64,000 bases of DNA, from positions 47,864,001-47,928,000 of the forward strand of contig CAIIXF020000001.1 in assembly GCA_903813345.2 (NCBI GenBank), written 5' to 3'. The stretch comes from Owenia fusiformis. Its lineage: Eukaryota. Of this stretch, positions 12,501-27,500 are shown in pieces (position 1 is the first letter of the stretch; the number at the start of each line of letters is the position of its first letter). Under the pieces are notes generated by a model that worked only from the letters and a program-made list of their open reading frames with translations, ran no database searches and was not told where the DNA came from. The position numbers were made by a program, and so were the translations under genes.

Positions 12501-15500
12501 TTCTTTCTTCTTCCCTTTTGTAGCCATGCCCAAGTCGGTCTTTTTTACTTATCTTGATTTCTATTAGATAATTCAAAATCAGATAAGTACAAAAATACCG
12601 ACTTGGGCAAGGCTACCATTTTGCTATATCATATCATTATACAGGGCGTTCAGTAAGTAAAGCTAATTTTGCTCTCAAACTTTTATTTTTTGTCATTTAT
12701 CTTTCAAATTTTCAGTGAAGAAGCATTTGACATTTTTCTAACTACCCTGAAAAATTAAATAAGATATGATGAATAATAGCAAAACAATGGTTGTCATAGT
12801 AACGTGAATACGGGTTCTGCGGAGCAATTACTTACTTTAATAAAAATGTTATAATGCAATGAAATTGATTAAGATTAATGCTGCATATGTCTTTGTTTGC
12901 TATGGCTGAAAGTCACGACAAACATAGCAACAACATACACAAATATGATACCATGGCAACAGTAGTCTATGACATCACAGACAGATGATACAACAGATGG
13001 AATGATCCAGAATGATCCATCAGACACTGCTCCATGACATCATCAAAATCATGGCTGCCAGGATTGCCAATGGAAGCAAAATGAACAATGAAATGAAACA
13101 AGATAATGCGCCATCGCATAGGTCGCAAATGGTGCAGGATACTATCCAGAAAACGCTGGAGATGGAGGTTCAAGGCCAGTCAGCGTATTCTCCTGACAAG
13201 GCACCCTGCGATTTTGGGGTATTTTCATGTTTGAAAAATGATCTGCGTGGTAAGATCCACGCAAATATCCATGAGCTTCAGAATGCCGTTCAACGTTCGC
13301 TGACAAAGAACTTTCCAGATGGCTTCCACAGGATATATCAGAAGTGGATAGAACGACATCAGCTGTGTGTGAAACCTAAGGGGAACTACTTTGAACATGA
13401 TATAGAATGTTAACTTGAAAGTAGAAATGTGGAGTAGCCACAGAACTATGGTTGAAATATAGACAGGACAGAAACTAACGTTAACAAAATCTACTATGCT
13501 GTGAACTTATAAAATTGCTCCGCAGAACCCGTATTCACGTTACTATGACAACCACCATTTTACTGTTATTCATTATATCTTGATCTTTTTTTCAGGATAG
13601 TTAGAAAAGTGTCTGATGCTTCTCCACTGAAAATTTGAACGATGATAGACAAGAAATAGAAGTTTGAGAGCAAAATTAGCTTTACTTACTGAACGCCCTG
13701 TACATCAATCAGATATAAGAGGAACCTAATTGTGTACCGATGGAAGAAAGAATATTGTTCCCCAGGACGTGTTCATCTTCGGCCTCATTACCGGGCATTG
13801 TTTTTTATTGTTTGTATCTCTCGTGCACCCTAACCCCCAAGCATCAAGGACACAGGGGGCCCAGAGGCTTAGTGCAGGGTATTCCTGCATGGTATATATG
13901 TACATGTTCATACCTACTGAGGTTCTAGGTACATAGACGTGTCGAAAAAAGCTCGCGCACGCATTGTTACACATTTTGTGGCGTAATCCAAAGGATCCTC
14001 GCTTTTAACATGATAGAATGTGACGTTTTTGAGAAAAATGTACACACATGAAAATCCTTTCGTCCTCCACATTTACCTCTATATCTCAAAACATTTAAGA
14101 CGAATAACTCTGATATCATATATATATTGTTAATGGGCTAGGAGCATCACAAAACACGAATCAATTGATATTTTAGGTGAAATAAATATACCTGTTGCTG
14201 TGCTTGAAAATAGGCGAATGGCGTAAATTAGCCCTATTTTAATGAATTTTGAAAACCTTTCGTCCTCCACCTTTCCATATACAACAGAAAACACATACTT
14301 TTGTGAACAAAATCAACTATTTATTAATAAACTAGAGTTTAGGAGCAAAATAATCATGTATGATTTATTAAAAATTGATCTCGTATTTTTTGTTTAATGT
14401 ACACCTGAAAAGTTGAAGGTACCAAAAAATGAGCAAAAAAGGTCGCTGTCAACAGATTCTATTTTTCAGACTCTATGACGTCACAATATGGGACGCTTAC
14501 TAAAATTCATCCTTTGAAATAAAACTTCCATCTACCTTTATCAAGACGAAAAATAATAGTATAATAGTCATATATTGTTTGAGTTATGAGCGTTTAAAGA
14601 CGAAAAATAATTCAAAATGTAACGTGTCAACATGGGATATTTGCCAGATGTTTGGTAAAAAACTCTTTTTTAAAAACGAACGCACAAAAATGTGAACGGA
14701 GTGTAGTTGATCTAAAATCTTCATCAAAACAGCTTTAAAATGATATATAACTTTAATTAGAATATTATCTTATAATCCGGGGAATCAAAGTTACATTCAC
14801 GCGATACCCTTAAAAACAAATGCGCCACCTTTTTGCGACACGTCATAACGAGCGGGAATATATACTGTATCTAGCCAAGGCCCGGGGCGGGATGGGTACA
14901 CGCTGTATCTATCCCGGTCCGGCTCCTGAAATTTTTTTCACAATTTTTTCAAAATTTTTCCCCTTTTTTCCAAAAAGATTTTTCACATTTTTTTTCAAAA
15001 TTTTTTTTTCACATTTTTTTCAAATATTTTTTTCAATTTTTCAAAATATGAGTTATATGAATTTGAAAATCTCAGAAACTTAAAAAAAACACTTTATAAC
15101 ACCAAGAAAATGCGTATCTTAAGTATATTTTTGAATTTTGGAACTTTATAAGGTATATGACATACCTAGAACATCAGTAGGTATGAAATACATCTGTTAT
15201 GTACGGTCGGTTTTGGATATAGGGTTTATCCCTCGGGAAATATAGAGATTATCCTATATGAGGTTCAGGATATTGGGATTATCCCGAGGCTAATCTAATA
15301 TATTTGCCCGAGGGCCGCAGGTCCCGAGGGAAAATATATTATATTGGCCAAGGGATAATCCCAATATCCTGAACCGACTATAGGATAATATGTTTATCCC
15401 ATACCAATCTTGGTCATCTGGTTCACATTGTTCAATTTTGGAAATATTTTAGAATATTCATGTCCAGTTTTGTTTTCTTGGCCGTGGGCGGATTTTCCTG

Positions 15501-18500
15501 TTCTCTCAAATATTCCCACATTTATTTTCTCGAATTTTTGATTGATTAAGTGGATGCTCCTTCCCTTTTTTAAACCATCAAACAGATCCCGATTGTCTGT
15601 GTTTTTCTCCATTGTCGTTTACAGTGATTACGCGAACGTTACAAATTATGAACAAATATGCGAGCGGCGATTATGACGTAGCGGGCAGATATAGTATATC
15701 TGCCCGCTCGGAGCGGGACGTAAAGCTATATCTACCCGCTGATGAAAATATAAGATTTTACAAACCGGCTTTATGTACCTATAACGCGTCCAAGTATGGG
15801 ATAAATAGAGATTATCCTATATGAGGCTCAGGATATTGGGATTATCCCGAGGCAAATAAAATATATCTGCCCGAGGGCCGCAGGTCCCGAGGGAAAATAT
15901 ATTATATTGGCCAAGGGATAATCCCAATATCCTGAACCGACTATAGGATAATATGTTTATCCCATACCAATCTTGGTCATCTGGTTCACATTGTTCAATC
16001 GTGGAAATATTTTAGAATATCCATGTCCAGTTTTGTTTCCTTGGCCATGGGCGGACTTTCCTGTTCTCTCAAATATTCCCACATTTATCACTGGCGGATC
16101 TGGGGGGGGGGCCCAGGGGCCCGGGCCCCCCCCCTTGGGTGGGCCCAGAAAAAAAAAATTGTGCCCAAAAAATATTGTTAGCCAAAAAAGGCTTTAGGGC
16201 CCCAAAAAGTAGGCCTTTTAGGTCTTAAATTGGCCTTCTAAGGCCTTGTTTTTTAATTTTAGGCCAAATTTTGAAGAAAATGGGCCTCAAAATTTCAAAA
16301 TTTGGGCCCACTTTTGGGTTTTTGGGGCCCAAAATTTTGGACGTTTTTTTCTCAGACCACAAGTTTGGGCCCCCCCCCCCCTTGTTGGTTCCCAGATCCG
16401 CCCCTGTTTATTTTCTCGACTTTTTTGATTGATTAAGTGGATGCTCCTTCCCTTTTTTAAACCATCAAACAGATCCCGATAGTCTGTGTTTTCTCCATTG
16501 TCGTTTACAGTCATTACGCGAACGTTACAAATTATGAACAAATATGCGAGCGGCGATTATGACGTAGCGGGCAGATATACTATATCTGCCCGCTCGGAGC
16601 GGGACGTAAAGCTATATCTGCCCGCTGATGAATATATAAGATTTTACAAACCGGCTTTATGTACCTGTAACACGTCCAAGTATGGGATAAATGTGTATAT
16701 CCCTCGGTCCCTGCGGTCCCTCGGGATATACACATATTTCCCTTGGGATAAAACCTGTATCCAAAACCTCCCAGTACATAACCCTTATGTATTTAAAGAT
16801 ACGGGAAGAGTATATAGAGTGCTGCTATCCACGGATTATTTCCGAACAAAAGTGCAAATAATGTAATAAATTGAATTCAACAATCAATTAAGCAGAATCC
16901 GAGTTGGACATGCCCTGTCAATCAACCACAAAAGCATGGATAATGAATGGATAACGGTTTGATCTAATACAAGAGTCAGATGCACGATACTGTCGATCTT
17001 TACTATTGAACTGAATAGTACTGATTTGAGAGAGACATCTTTATATCATTATGGTAGTATAAAGCATAAAAAGGCTCACCTGCAACTTGTTCCGGGGAAA
17101 ACTTTCCATTCTGAAAATCAGAAAGACCACAATTTGTAAAATCTGTATAAACGTTAACTTGATTATAATCAACTATAAGCACTATTTAATCAGGCTCTAG
17201 CATGTCACATAGCCTATACATATGTGATCCATGACAGTTTTGAGTTTATACTTGTGTTAATGAAGAGAATAGAAGGGATAGAGAGAAGGAGTTGGGTGAA
17301 TTTCGAAAAAATGTGTCACATGTTACCATTTCAAAACATTTTTGCTCCCAGGCTCAACACTCAACATTCCATGGTAAGCCTATTTCAAAAGACCCAAACG
17401 ACTTTGGAAATTCTGCATCATTCATCTTTTATATTTGATTAATTAAATATCTCTCGTCTCACATTTTTGTAAGGGAATTATTGGCAGGATTTTTTTAATA
17501 TGGCTTGCGACGATTTACACTCTCTCTCTCCCTTCTAAATGTTTTAAAGCATGTAATATTTGTTCTTTCAGGTGCACAGTACAATATATTACAAAACACC
17601 CTTCGTGACTACCATTAAATCTGAGAACATATCATATTTGTTGATATTATGACATAACAAAGTGATTGTGACTATCAGGGGCGTAGTCAGGAATGAGGCA
17701 GGCAAAGTAATTTGAATAGAACATTTGTCCACTCTTCGGACGTGTTTTAAGTGAACTGTGAACATAAAGTTTTGTACAATAGATTCACTATAACTTAAAA
17801 GTTTGCCACGTCCATTTAAATGACTCGCCTGTCTTACGACAATGGCTATGCCCTTGGTAAGTTCTGATAAATATTTAATTCATAAGTCTATAGACAATGT
17901 CAAATTAGTGTTTATACCTTAAACCAGTCTTTATCGAGTGATCTGGTACATGCAAACAGTGCAAAAAGGTATTGTCGTTAAAAGCAAAACACATACATGT
18001 ATAGTCAAATGTTGTTTAGCATAATAATAGCCATGCACCTACTATATCATAAAAATGGCTTTATATATGTTAGAAACAGCATTATGTTATGTTTTATGTT
18101 AGTTAAAAACAAGACTATAATCATGTCACACATACGTTTCATTTATCATCATAATTACATTTTAGTCGACAGAGCAATACTGATTGGTATCACTAAGGGA
18201 AACTGAAGTCGTTAGTAATCAATCAACAATGGATACACAAGAGCTGGGAAAAGCAGGCAATACCTTGGAGGTACTTACATAATTAATATCAGTGTAAGAA
18301 TATGCCTATAAAGTTGGTAAAAGCGTTATGTGTATTCCCCAAACTATATATAGATGTCAGTTCAGTTTATGCACCTGCGAAGTGCGGCATATAAAATGCA
18401 TAAAAAATGCTTAAAATTACATCTCTGTTATTTTTGTATTTGTTAAAATGGGTTTATGATAGGGTTTTATTTGAAAGTCTGAAAAGATTCTCACGTTATT

Positions 18501-21500
18501 GCATGGGTAGTCTGCACGATGATAGTTAGCATTAGTATAGTTTATCAGCAGTCTAACACGTATATCAATGATAAAAGATGTTCATCGAATGATGCCTTAA
18601 AAAGGGTTGTGTACTCGTCAATCAATGGTAAAAATGTTCATCGAATAGTTTCTGTAAAAGGCTTATGTACACGTCAATCAATGGTAAAATGTTCATCGAA
18701 TAGTGCTTACACGTCAATCAATGGTAAAAATGTCCACCGTATAGTGCCTATATAAGGGTTCTGTACACGTCAATCAATGGTAAAAATGTTCATAGAATAG
18801 TACCTACATAAAGTTCTTGCAAAAGTGCTCTAAAATTTTTGTATCTCAGTCAATCTGGCTGTAATTTTTACTGAGTATACCTACACTATTTATACATTGA
18901 GATCCTTAGTTATAATCAATAGGTCCTTGAGGGAAAAAATGTATGGTTCCTATAGTCACATGCGTAGGGGGTAGTTTTGTTTGAATGTTAAAATGTTTTT
19001 AACTTGTCCTATTTACTTTAAATACAGTATCTCAAGAGTGTAATGTGTTCAAAATAGTGTCCACCATGGTCTATACACCTCTGGTGTCTTACTTACCATT
19101 CCTCAAACAGATGAAGGAACTCATATGGAAGATTATTTGCGATTTATCTTTGTATGGATGGCTTTCATCAACATCATCTGATCCTCATTGGATTTCATTC
19201 TTCTTCTAGCATTGTCCTTAACATTTGTTCTAGCATCAGTAGATGTCTTAGTCTGTTTTGTAAATGGTTCTTTTGGTCATAGCCTCCTTCCCAAACACTT
19301 TATGAATGTCTTCAAGTGTTTGTTTTCTTGAATTTCCCAGTAAACCATAAATCCCAATGCTACTGAATATTTTAAATTGCAAATCATCATCTTTTGCTGA
19401 TTTTGCAGCCATTTTCACAAAAATAAAATTGACGCCGCCTTTCAAATGTATAAATAGTGTAGGTATACTGGGTAAAAATTTCAGCCAGATTGATTGAGAA
19501 ATAAAAAAATTAGAGTACTTTTGCAAGAACTTTATGAACGCCCTGTATATAAGGGCTACGTACACATCAATCAATGGCAAAAAATGTTCATCGATTAGTT
19601 TTTATATAAAGGCTATGCACACGCCTATATAAGGTTTCTGAACACGACAATCAATGGTAAAAATGTTCTTAGAATAGTGCCTATATGAGGGCTGTGTATA
19701 TGTACACATCAATCGATGGCAAAAAAATGCATAGTGCCTATTTAAGGATTCTTTACTTTTCATAGAGTAGTGCCTATATAAGGGTTATGTACACGTCAAT
19801 CAGTGGTAAAAATGCCATATAAGGTTTATGTACACGTCAATCAATGGTACAAAAGGTGTATAAAAAGCCTTCCAAGAAGGCTCTGATGTGTATTCTACAC
19901 TTTAAGTTTGCGAAAAAATCTTTAATTCCTTTTAAAATATTTTTTTAACTTTTTGAAAAGGTGAAAACAGTCCACGCTTATTTAAAGTATGAGAATTAAA
20001 ATTTGAAAAATCATTTTTAGATAATTTGGAGCAGGGTCGGCAATAGCGAGATAGAAATATCCACCCCGTTTGCTTTATGCACTGATTATATCCCGTTATA
20101 TGGTCCATGCCTGTATCTACCAAGAATATCAGAAGGCATGGAATACTAGAATGTATGATACTATGGTACAGACTACAAATTACATGTGTACATGTATATG
20201 CCGGATTTACAATGACTTTAAATTGTTAATTGAGCGCTAAACTACGATATTTTTTCGAAGATATGCAGCGGTATGCAGTTGCGTAACATAATTTGACATT
20301 TTTGTTCCAAAGCCGTGTTTCATTAATACTGCTGCAATGTTATGAATAAATCTTATTATATCATTAGCCGCCTGTCTAAATGCTTCATAACTTCAAATTA
20401 TCCTTAATAATAACCGATGCCAAATGTACTCATGGGTATTGATGAAATCGTTTCCTGAATTCAAAACTCTAACATGTCATCTTATAAATGGTATATGTCT
20501 CTGGAATTACATTATGCTTAATTGGAATCTATGAAAATAAATGAAGTGTCCTTGGCAAGAACATGTAAAAAACATCATTAAAGGCTAAGCTATACAGCAA
20601 AAACATGGGAATTGAAGCTTTTTAGATAGATTTACAAGTCATATATATATTGTGCCCTTGTAATAACAGTACGTTTAATGCAATATTTGAAACACAATAG
20701 TGAATAACGTTTTTACAGAAAGAGGCTTTCGGAGTTCATTCATAGGTGGCACTTCTGTATGACTTGTTCCATACTATTAGTGGGTTTGGTCAAATCTGGT
20801 GATGTGCTGTGAAAAGGGGTTAAGTAAGTTAAGTAAGAGGGATTACCCAAAGGATTGGAAGATCGTCACTCTGAGAGAGAATATTCTGTGATAAAATAGC
20901 ATTTTTCATTAGTAAGAAATGTTGGTTGTCATTTACTATAAATCTCCTCATCACTCGAAGTGTGTTAAAACTAATCAGGGGCTGTGGTGATTTGCAGCCT
21001 GGTTTCTCGGGGAAAATTCAAATATATTCACAAGGGAAGGTATAATCAAAGTAAATTATTGCACAGATAAATAAAGAACATTTTCCAGAGGTAATGCATT
21101 GAACAAAGTAAATGGTGTTCCTGCAACTGGATAGCAAGACATCTTGTCCTCAGAGAATGCCTACATATCAAAATATCTAGTACAGTAAATAAAAGTTGAT
21201 TTTTCATATAGTTCTGTTTTATATATAAATATATACATATATACAATATGTATTTTATTTTTATATATCGTTATATTTTCTTACCTCGGTATAGTCTAGT
21301 GAATGCGAAAATCGTCTGGACATCATCTGTACGAACTCTGCAAGAAAATAAAAAATATATATGTATAAGTATATATGAGTTTCAAACATATACAAAAATG
21401 TTCCCTAAAAATACGAGATCAACGTGGTTCCATCAATATACTTTGATACTTTCTCTTTTAATGACGCTTTAATGGCAAATTGCTCACCTAACAAGCACAT

Positions 21501-24500
21501 GGCGACCTCTAAAAAGATGCTCTCTTTAATCTAAAGACAATTTATGCACTATTGTCATTATCCATTATTTTCCAAACTTCAGACTTTTAAAACTGTGAAA
21601 GGTTTGTATGAAGGTCATTTGAAGGACCAGGTTGTAGAAATTCTGATTTCCTTAACTTTGTTGTATTTTAACAATGGGTGTCAAAAGTTTTGCACGTTAA
21701 TATTTTCAATTGATCTATTGAATTCATTGATACTATATGTATGTACATGTATATTTTCACCGAGTGAAAGTTTATGTGTGATAGGTGTAATACCAGGCTG
21801 TTGTATTTCATATCAATTTGATCAGGGGATTACATTATTCATTTGCAATTTAGTTCACTTGAAGTTTTTTAATTAATTACATGTGTACATATTATACAAT
21901 ACAATACAAAATAAAATTCACACATGTTGCAAATTGTGCCTTTAACTTGTAAATAGTAAGCCGCAAGACGCGACTGGCAATATTGGTATAAGAAAAAGAG
22001 AAAGGTATTTTCCAAAGGAAACAAAATGCATATCCATATTTTGTGGATGAACAGAAATGACGACATAAATGATAACTGGAAGGGTTTCCCTCTCTCTGAT
22101 GTTGTTTATCTTATCCGAAACAGATAATCCTCTTCCGCGTACTTAGGCTCTCTCATCCTGACTATTATTGCACAAATAGCTCTATTTTCACCTATATAAT
22201 CTTATCCTAGCCCCTTGCATCTGACTATGTGTACATTTATACCACCAAGTGCAAACGAATTAGAGCAATGGTGATATGTTAAATGAGAGAGATGAGAGGT
22301 CGAGATTGTATACCATCAAGGAATGTAGTTGTTAAAGCTAACAAAACATCAGTTAAACATATTCCTCCTCGACCTAATGAACCGTGATTTATCAGAACTA
22401 CTCAGATGGTTACCCTTTCTAATAGTTTGATTTCGCACGTCATATACACTCTTTGAATAAAATATTATCCTTGAAACATAATCCAGCTTCCAGATCAGAC
22501 TTGCAATTATATTCAAATAGCCTCAAAAGGTCATAGCAATCACTTCGTCATTAAATGTATCATTAGCATCGATATTATCTACTCAACCCAGAGGGTATTA
22601 ACTGACAGTAGCCTCAATCGTTGCTCAGGGTATTGATGGTATATGAACACAGGAATTGCTTCTTACATGAAGTGGATCGTTGTTGGTTTTCTCTTTTATA
22701 ACGTTCTACTTACATTAGCTCTTCCAGAATAAAAGAATAAATCAAATGAATAAGAAGACGAGTGGAATAGCTCAAACTATGAAAGCACAAAGCCCAATAT
22801 ATATCGGAAAAACACAATCAAATTATGTAGACGTATCCCATCACACGACACGTCCAGATTCAAATCAGAAATGCCAGTGTCCACACACGTAGATTACATT
22901 CTGATACTCATCCCATCTTTCTGTTTTTCAACAAGACAGGAACTAACAGAAGGCCATAATTTCCCAGGATGCGTAGATTGGGATATCAGAATAATTCGCA
23001 ACAAGAAGATAATAAGATCCGATGATATCCTTTTTTATTTCGAGACCTAGTAATCAATATGTAAATGACAATAATCCTTCGCAAACACCCTGGTGATTGA
23101 TGGTGACTGAGGGACGATAGTGATTCTATTTGAGAACATCTTAGGCACTGATCTGAAGGGATAACACTGAACAAATGTGAATCAATCTACTGCAAATACG
23201 CATATAGGAGACCTTGACATTGAATACTATGATGGGTTCCTGAATACAACACTGACTTACTTCTGCAAATACATTATTATGATATAAATAATATACCAAC
23301 ATAGAAACATTTACCCCAAAACTATAGTAGTCTAATATATCAGAGTGACGCCATGTGTACGTTTATCTGAATAGCTTTCAATCACTATTAATAAATAAAA
23401 CAGGGATTTTGACATGGAAATATATTTATACTCCGGTGAAAGAAAGAGCCTTTCAGATTGTTAGTATGTCCACATTTACAGTTTATTAACATTGTACAAA
23501 AAGCTATAACGGTGTATTTGATTAACGTTATTGCCTATTAAAGAGAAATTCCAACTCCAGTCACGCTCATTCTTATATAGATGATAGATAAAGCGTTCAC
23601 CACAACTGCATCAAGGGAAACAACTGTCGAGCAAAGGATGGGAACGTGAATGTGATAGTAAATGCGCTGATGGGCACGCTTCGGTTTACCAATTATACAA
23701 ATTAAATCATACATCTACTCTTTCCACTCTAAAATCTAATAATCATGGCAGTACCCTTCTTTTCATTATTATTTCACTTTTCAGATTCACTTTCAGAGGT
23801 CGTTCGTTTTTTCCTAAACTAATGTTAGGTTTGATCGGTTTGGTTGATTTTGGGGATAGCATATTTCTAAATAGCTTATTAAGCCAATTTTGCTTGTATC
23901 ACCAATCAGAGATATTTTCCACGAAATCGAATTCCCTCCACTAAAACAAACATTATGAAAATATAAATGGCAAGATGTCGCAATAAAGGACCCCTAGTCT
24001 GTCTAATCTGTTCAGATGGTAAGAACATTTTCGGAAATAGATGAAAGTGTGCATAGTTCGGATCGTGGAAATTGATTGTTTTTACCGAATCACAAGCTGC
24101 AATGATAAGACAACTTAACGGATGATCTACTGCAATTAGGTAAATATTTCCCCTGCTGATGTGTGGTATGGTCGCTGCCTCCTGATTAGAAACAGAGTTC
24201 ATCTCGCTTTATCTAAATATTGCGGCCGAACCTTAGCCAGTTAGCATGGACATCCTTCTTCAAAGGACTTCATTTATGCTTAAATTCACTTAAATATACT
24301 TGTAAAATACCCTTGCAGCAAGGATGAGCATGGATGTATCCAATATAATCTAAGGAGTGGTGTGGATAGTTTACATTTCTTGTAAACAAATGAGTGTGTA
24401 TAATGATACATATTGATAGCTCGATGATACATCATTTGTCAATCACACTGATATCGGAACAAGCACAAGCTGTTTATTTAGAAAATATTACAGCGATGCC

Positions 24501-27500
24501 CAGTAAAGGTCGGTTTCCGATTCGATATCCACACCTCTTGGAATGTTTACGGAAGAAGCACGAATATTCAAATGCAACACCATCAAATATGATTCTATAT
24601 TCAAGCTGTCAGATATCTATATATAACCCCCTGAAGCTGAGTGTCTTGCTCGATAAGTAACATTCTGACAGATGTTCTTTAAACCAATCTAGTTCCCATT
24701 AGTTAGGAACCGTGGAGTGGGATACCTGGGAGATTCGGAAAACTGAAGTAGCTAATTGGACGTGCCAGTCAAACCATGTTCATAGCAGAGCTTATAGCAA
24801 TATTTCGTCCAACAAAATATTCTTCGAACAATACCTACCCAAAATGCCGATTTAAAAAAATGCCATTCCATAAAAACATATCTAGTAAATCCATAAAAAT
24901 AGTTACACAATGAGGATTATAGTAGACTACTATGTGGTTATTATAACAGCACCTCGATAAAATCATTCTGATTCATCAGAGTTGCTCTTTATCAAATGCT
25001 CACTGTGAGAGACAAGACAAAAAATATAGCACCCCCGTAGATACATTGTATGTGCTCTTTTCCGGACTCCGGGAGATAGCACAGAGGTTGTGGAACCCAC
25101 GAAGGGATTTCCCAAGAACATGCAAGAATGATGAGCTAATCATGTTTCGCTTTAGCAGTGTCTCGGTGGCTCTGACAGACTAAATTATTCACGCTCAAGC
25201 TCTAATGACAATTGCAAACACTAATCACAAGGGTCGTGCTAATTCCCTATGAAGGTCAACACGGTTTCGGTACTGCTAAGACAAAGGTTTAGGGCAACAA
25301 TGCAGTTCAATTGCCATTTGCAATCGTTTGACAGACTTATAGCTCAGTGACCAGTTCAATTAACAATGATTAATGTACCATTAAAATAAACAATAATATA
25401 TGACCTGTTGATACTATTTAGCTATCAATAACTTTGATTTTAGCCCGGGGGGTTCACTCGAAATAATTTGGATAGGTATGTGCAGTACGGTCAATGTTGG
25501 CTTTGAGCATAAAAATGGAAATTGAAAATTGTCTTTTTAAGTAGAAATTCAGTTTTTCTACAGAAAATTGTATTAAACTCGTTAAATCAGTTGCTGAGGC
25601 CTGGAACAAATCACTAGAAAAGTTGATTTATTAGTCTCAGAGTAATTAAACATGGAAACCTTCAATCTTGAGAGAAAATTGACATGGAAAAATGCTCAAA
25701 AAGGGGGTCTTTGGGGCGGCACATCTAACATTTGGTGCATAGTCATATGAATAGAGTGCTAAGGAACCTACACGTAGTTCTGGGCTGAATGGTTAATCTT
25801 GCATTGCCTCCGCTTCCAACACCGACTCCATTTTCTCTCTTACAAATAGTGGGGAATATAGACTTTATGAAATGCGCTTTCGATATTTAAAACTAAAGAG
25901 CAGTTGTCCTCAAGATTAAGCTCAGTTGGAAACAATGATATCTTCCAAAAACTGGCAAAAACCAGGCCCCTTTATATTTACTTGATCATTGTCCAGATTC
26001 ATATACTAGTACATTCAGCTTTGGCCAAAACATGTTTACTTTTCCTGGGATTACGTACCTTAGTTATGCTTCTTAATCCGCAAATAACGACTTTAATGCC
26101 ATCGTACTATTGCAATTGCTTACCGGTGGATAACACCATGGGAAATAATTGATAATTGACCCTTAAAATCGTATTCACCTGGTCGTCTCCGTACGGAAAT
26201 CGTAAAATTCACTTTGTCGTCTCGCATATTCTACTTGGCCTTTTTCGTTCAATGCACTCGCTATAGCGAAAAGAAATTAGCTATCCCGAGCCTGAGAATT
26301 TTGTCATTTGAACATAACTTCAATTCAAATAAAAACATTAAATTAAAATGTTATTAGATTTAAATAATTTATTAATGTTATGAATTAAGTGTTATCATTT
26401 TTGATAAAAGTTTCAAGAAAAGTATACAATCATTGCAATTTATAATTTTTTGGTATATCATCATAAGGTATTTCATAATATCCTTAGTTAATAGAGGCAT
26501 CATAACATATCATAATTTGTATTGGGCATTTGTCTTCGGTATAAAACCAATGTTCTCTGCATAGTTATTCTCCTTATACTTAAAGCTGCCTTGAAACTAT
26601 CAGAAAGAATGGCCTTGAACGTGTTGAATAAACAAATTGAGAATAAATAGCTTGTAAACTGTCACACATGAAATAATAAATAACGGTGGAAAGCAATTCG
26701 TTTCTGACGTGACATAAACGTTGAATAGAGCAGTTCGTGTGCAAACGTGCGCAAAAAGCACAAAACTGTTTAGTAAACATAAGAAAAAAGAACTGTCTAC
26801 ATGTATACAACTTGCGATTTATTTATTTATTTATAAAATGCATCTGGTCGATTTCTTAAAGGCCCCATATAAAGTTTAAACCACTTTGGCTTATATTGTA
26901 GTCTTACCCAATGTTATCAAAGTGTGATATGTGAAACTTTTTTTTTAAATTTCAAAAAGTGGTTTTTGATAGACTTTTTGTTCCAAAATTTGTGAATTTA
27001 TTTAAAACCAACTTTTAGAGGTTACTCATATCTTCTAATTAGCCACAATTCATACCAATGCATAGAATTCATCCTCCCATGTTTTTTGCCGAAAAAATTA
27101 AGAAAATCGGTTCATAAATAAGTGAGAAATGAACTTATCAGTGCATGAAAATGGTTCTGAGAAAAATGCATTTCAAAATTTTAGTTCTCATAGAAACCAA
27201 TGGTACAATGATATCTAAAACATAATTTATTCTTCCTTTTAACCTGGTTAGACAATCAACATTGGTTTTTATGAAAGTCTAACATATTTAGAAAAGATTG
27301 ACATCGAAAAAAAAATTAAAATTTTTTTCAAAAAGTTTTGGGTACCTTAGTGACATCACTAATGTTTCAAAATATTTTTGATATGCTAAAACATTGAAGT
27401 GGCCCATTAAATATGGCATTTTATTATTGAAATAGTGTGTCCTTTGTTCAACCTTTGCATTGGTGTTAAAAAGATAATCTTTTTTGAAATGCATTAAGAA

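Larger units (their letters stand above)
13907..16790 (-). mobile_element. Outer foldback/asymmetric-IR element hosting nested insertions
   Basis: IR ttcatacctactga..ttctaggta (13907) / tacctagaacatcagtaggtatgaa (15163-15187); foldback split between 15196-15242 and 16692-16782. Confidence 0.7.

Noticed and set aside
15394..16866. Several ORFs repeated twice (MNKYASGDYDVAGRY...)
   Set aside because: They arise from the tandem dimer of a non-coding element and show no recognisable domain.
17677..17856. Possible hAT-like MITE (caggggcgtagtc ... ggctatgcccttg)
   Set aside because: TIR is imperfect and no TSD is visible.
19091..19099. ATG|gtaagt on the minus strand, resembling the ATG-only first exon of calmodulin, upstream of the 31-nt exon
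   Set aside because: It lies inside the mariner C-terminal remnant (GAA TGG TAA GTA); coincidence is more likely, and the 21285 donor already supplies a phase-0 partner.
18557..19850. Regularly spaced repeats superficially like a CRISPR array
   Set aside because: Eukaryotic context, no unique spacers and no cas genes; it is a degenerate minisatellite.
22414..24871. Further short ATG-to-donor segments (MTCEIKLLER at 22443, MEWHFFKSAFWV near 24871)
   Set aside because: Short, weak context and expected by chance in AT-rich intron sequence.
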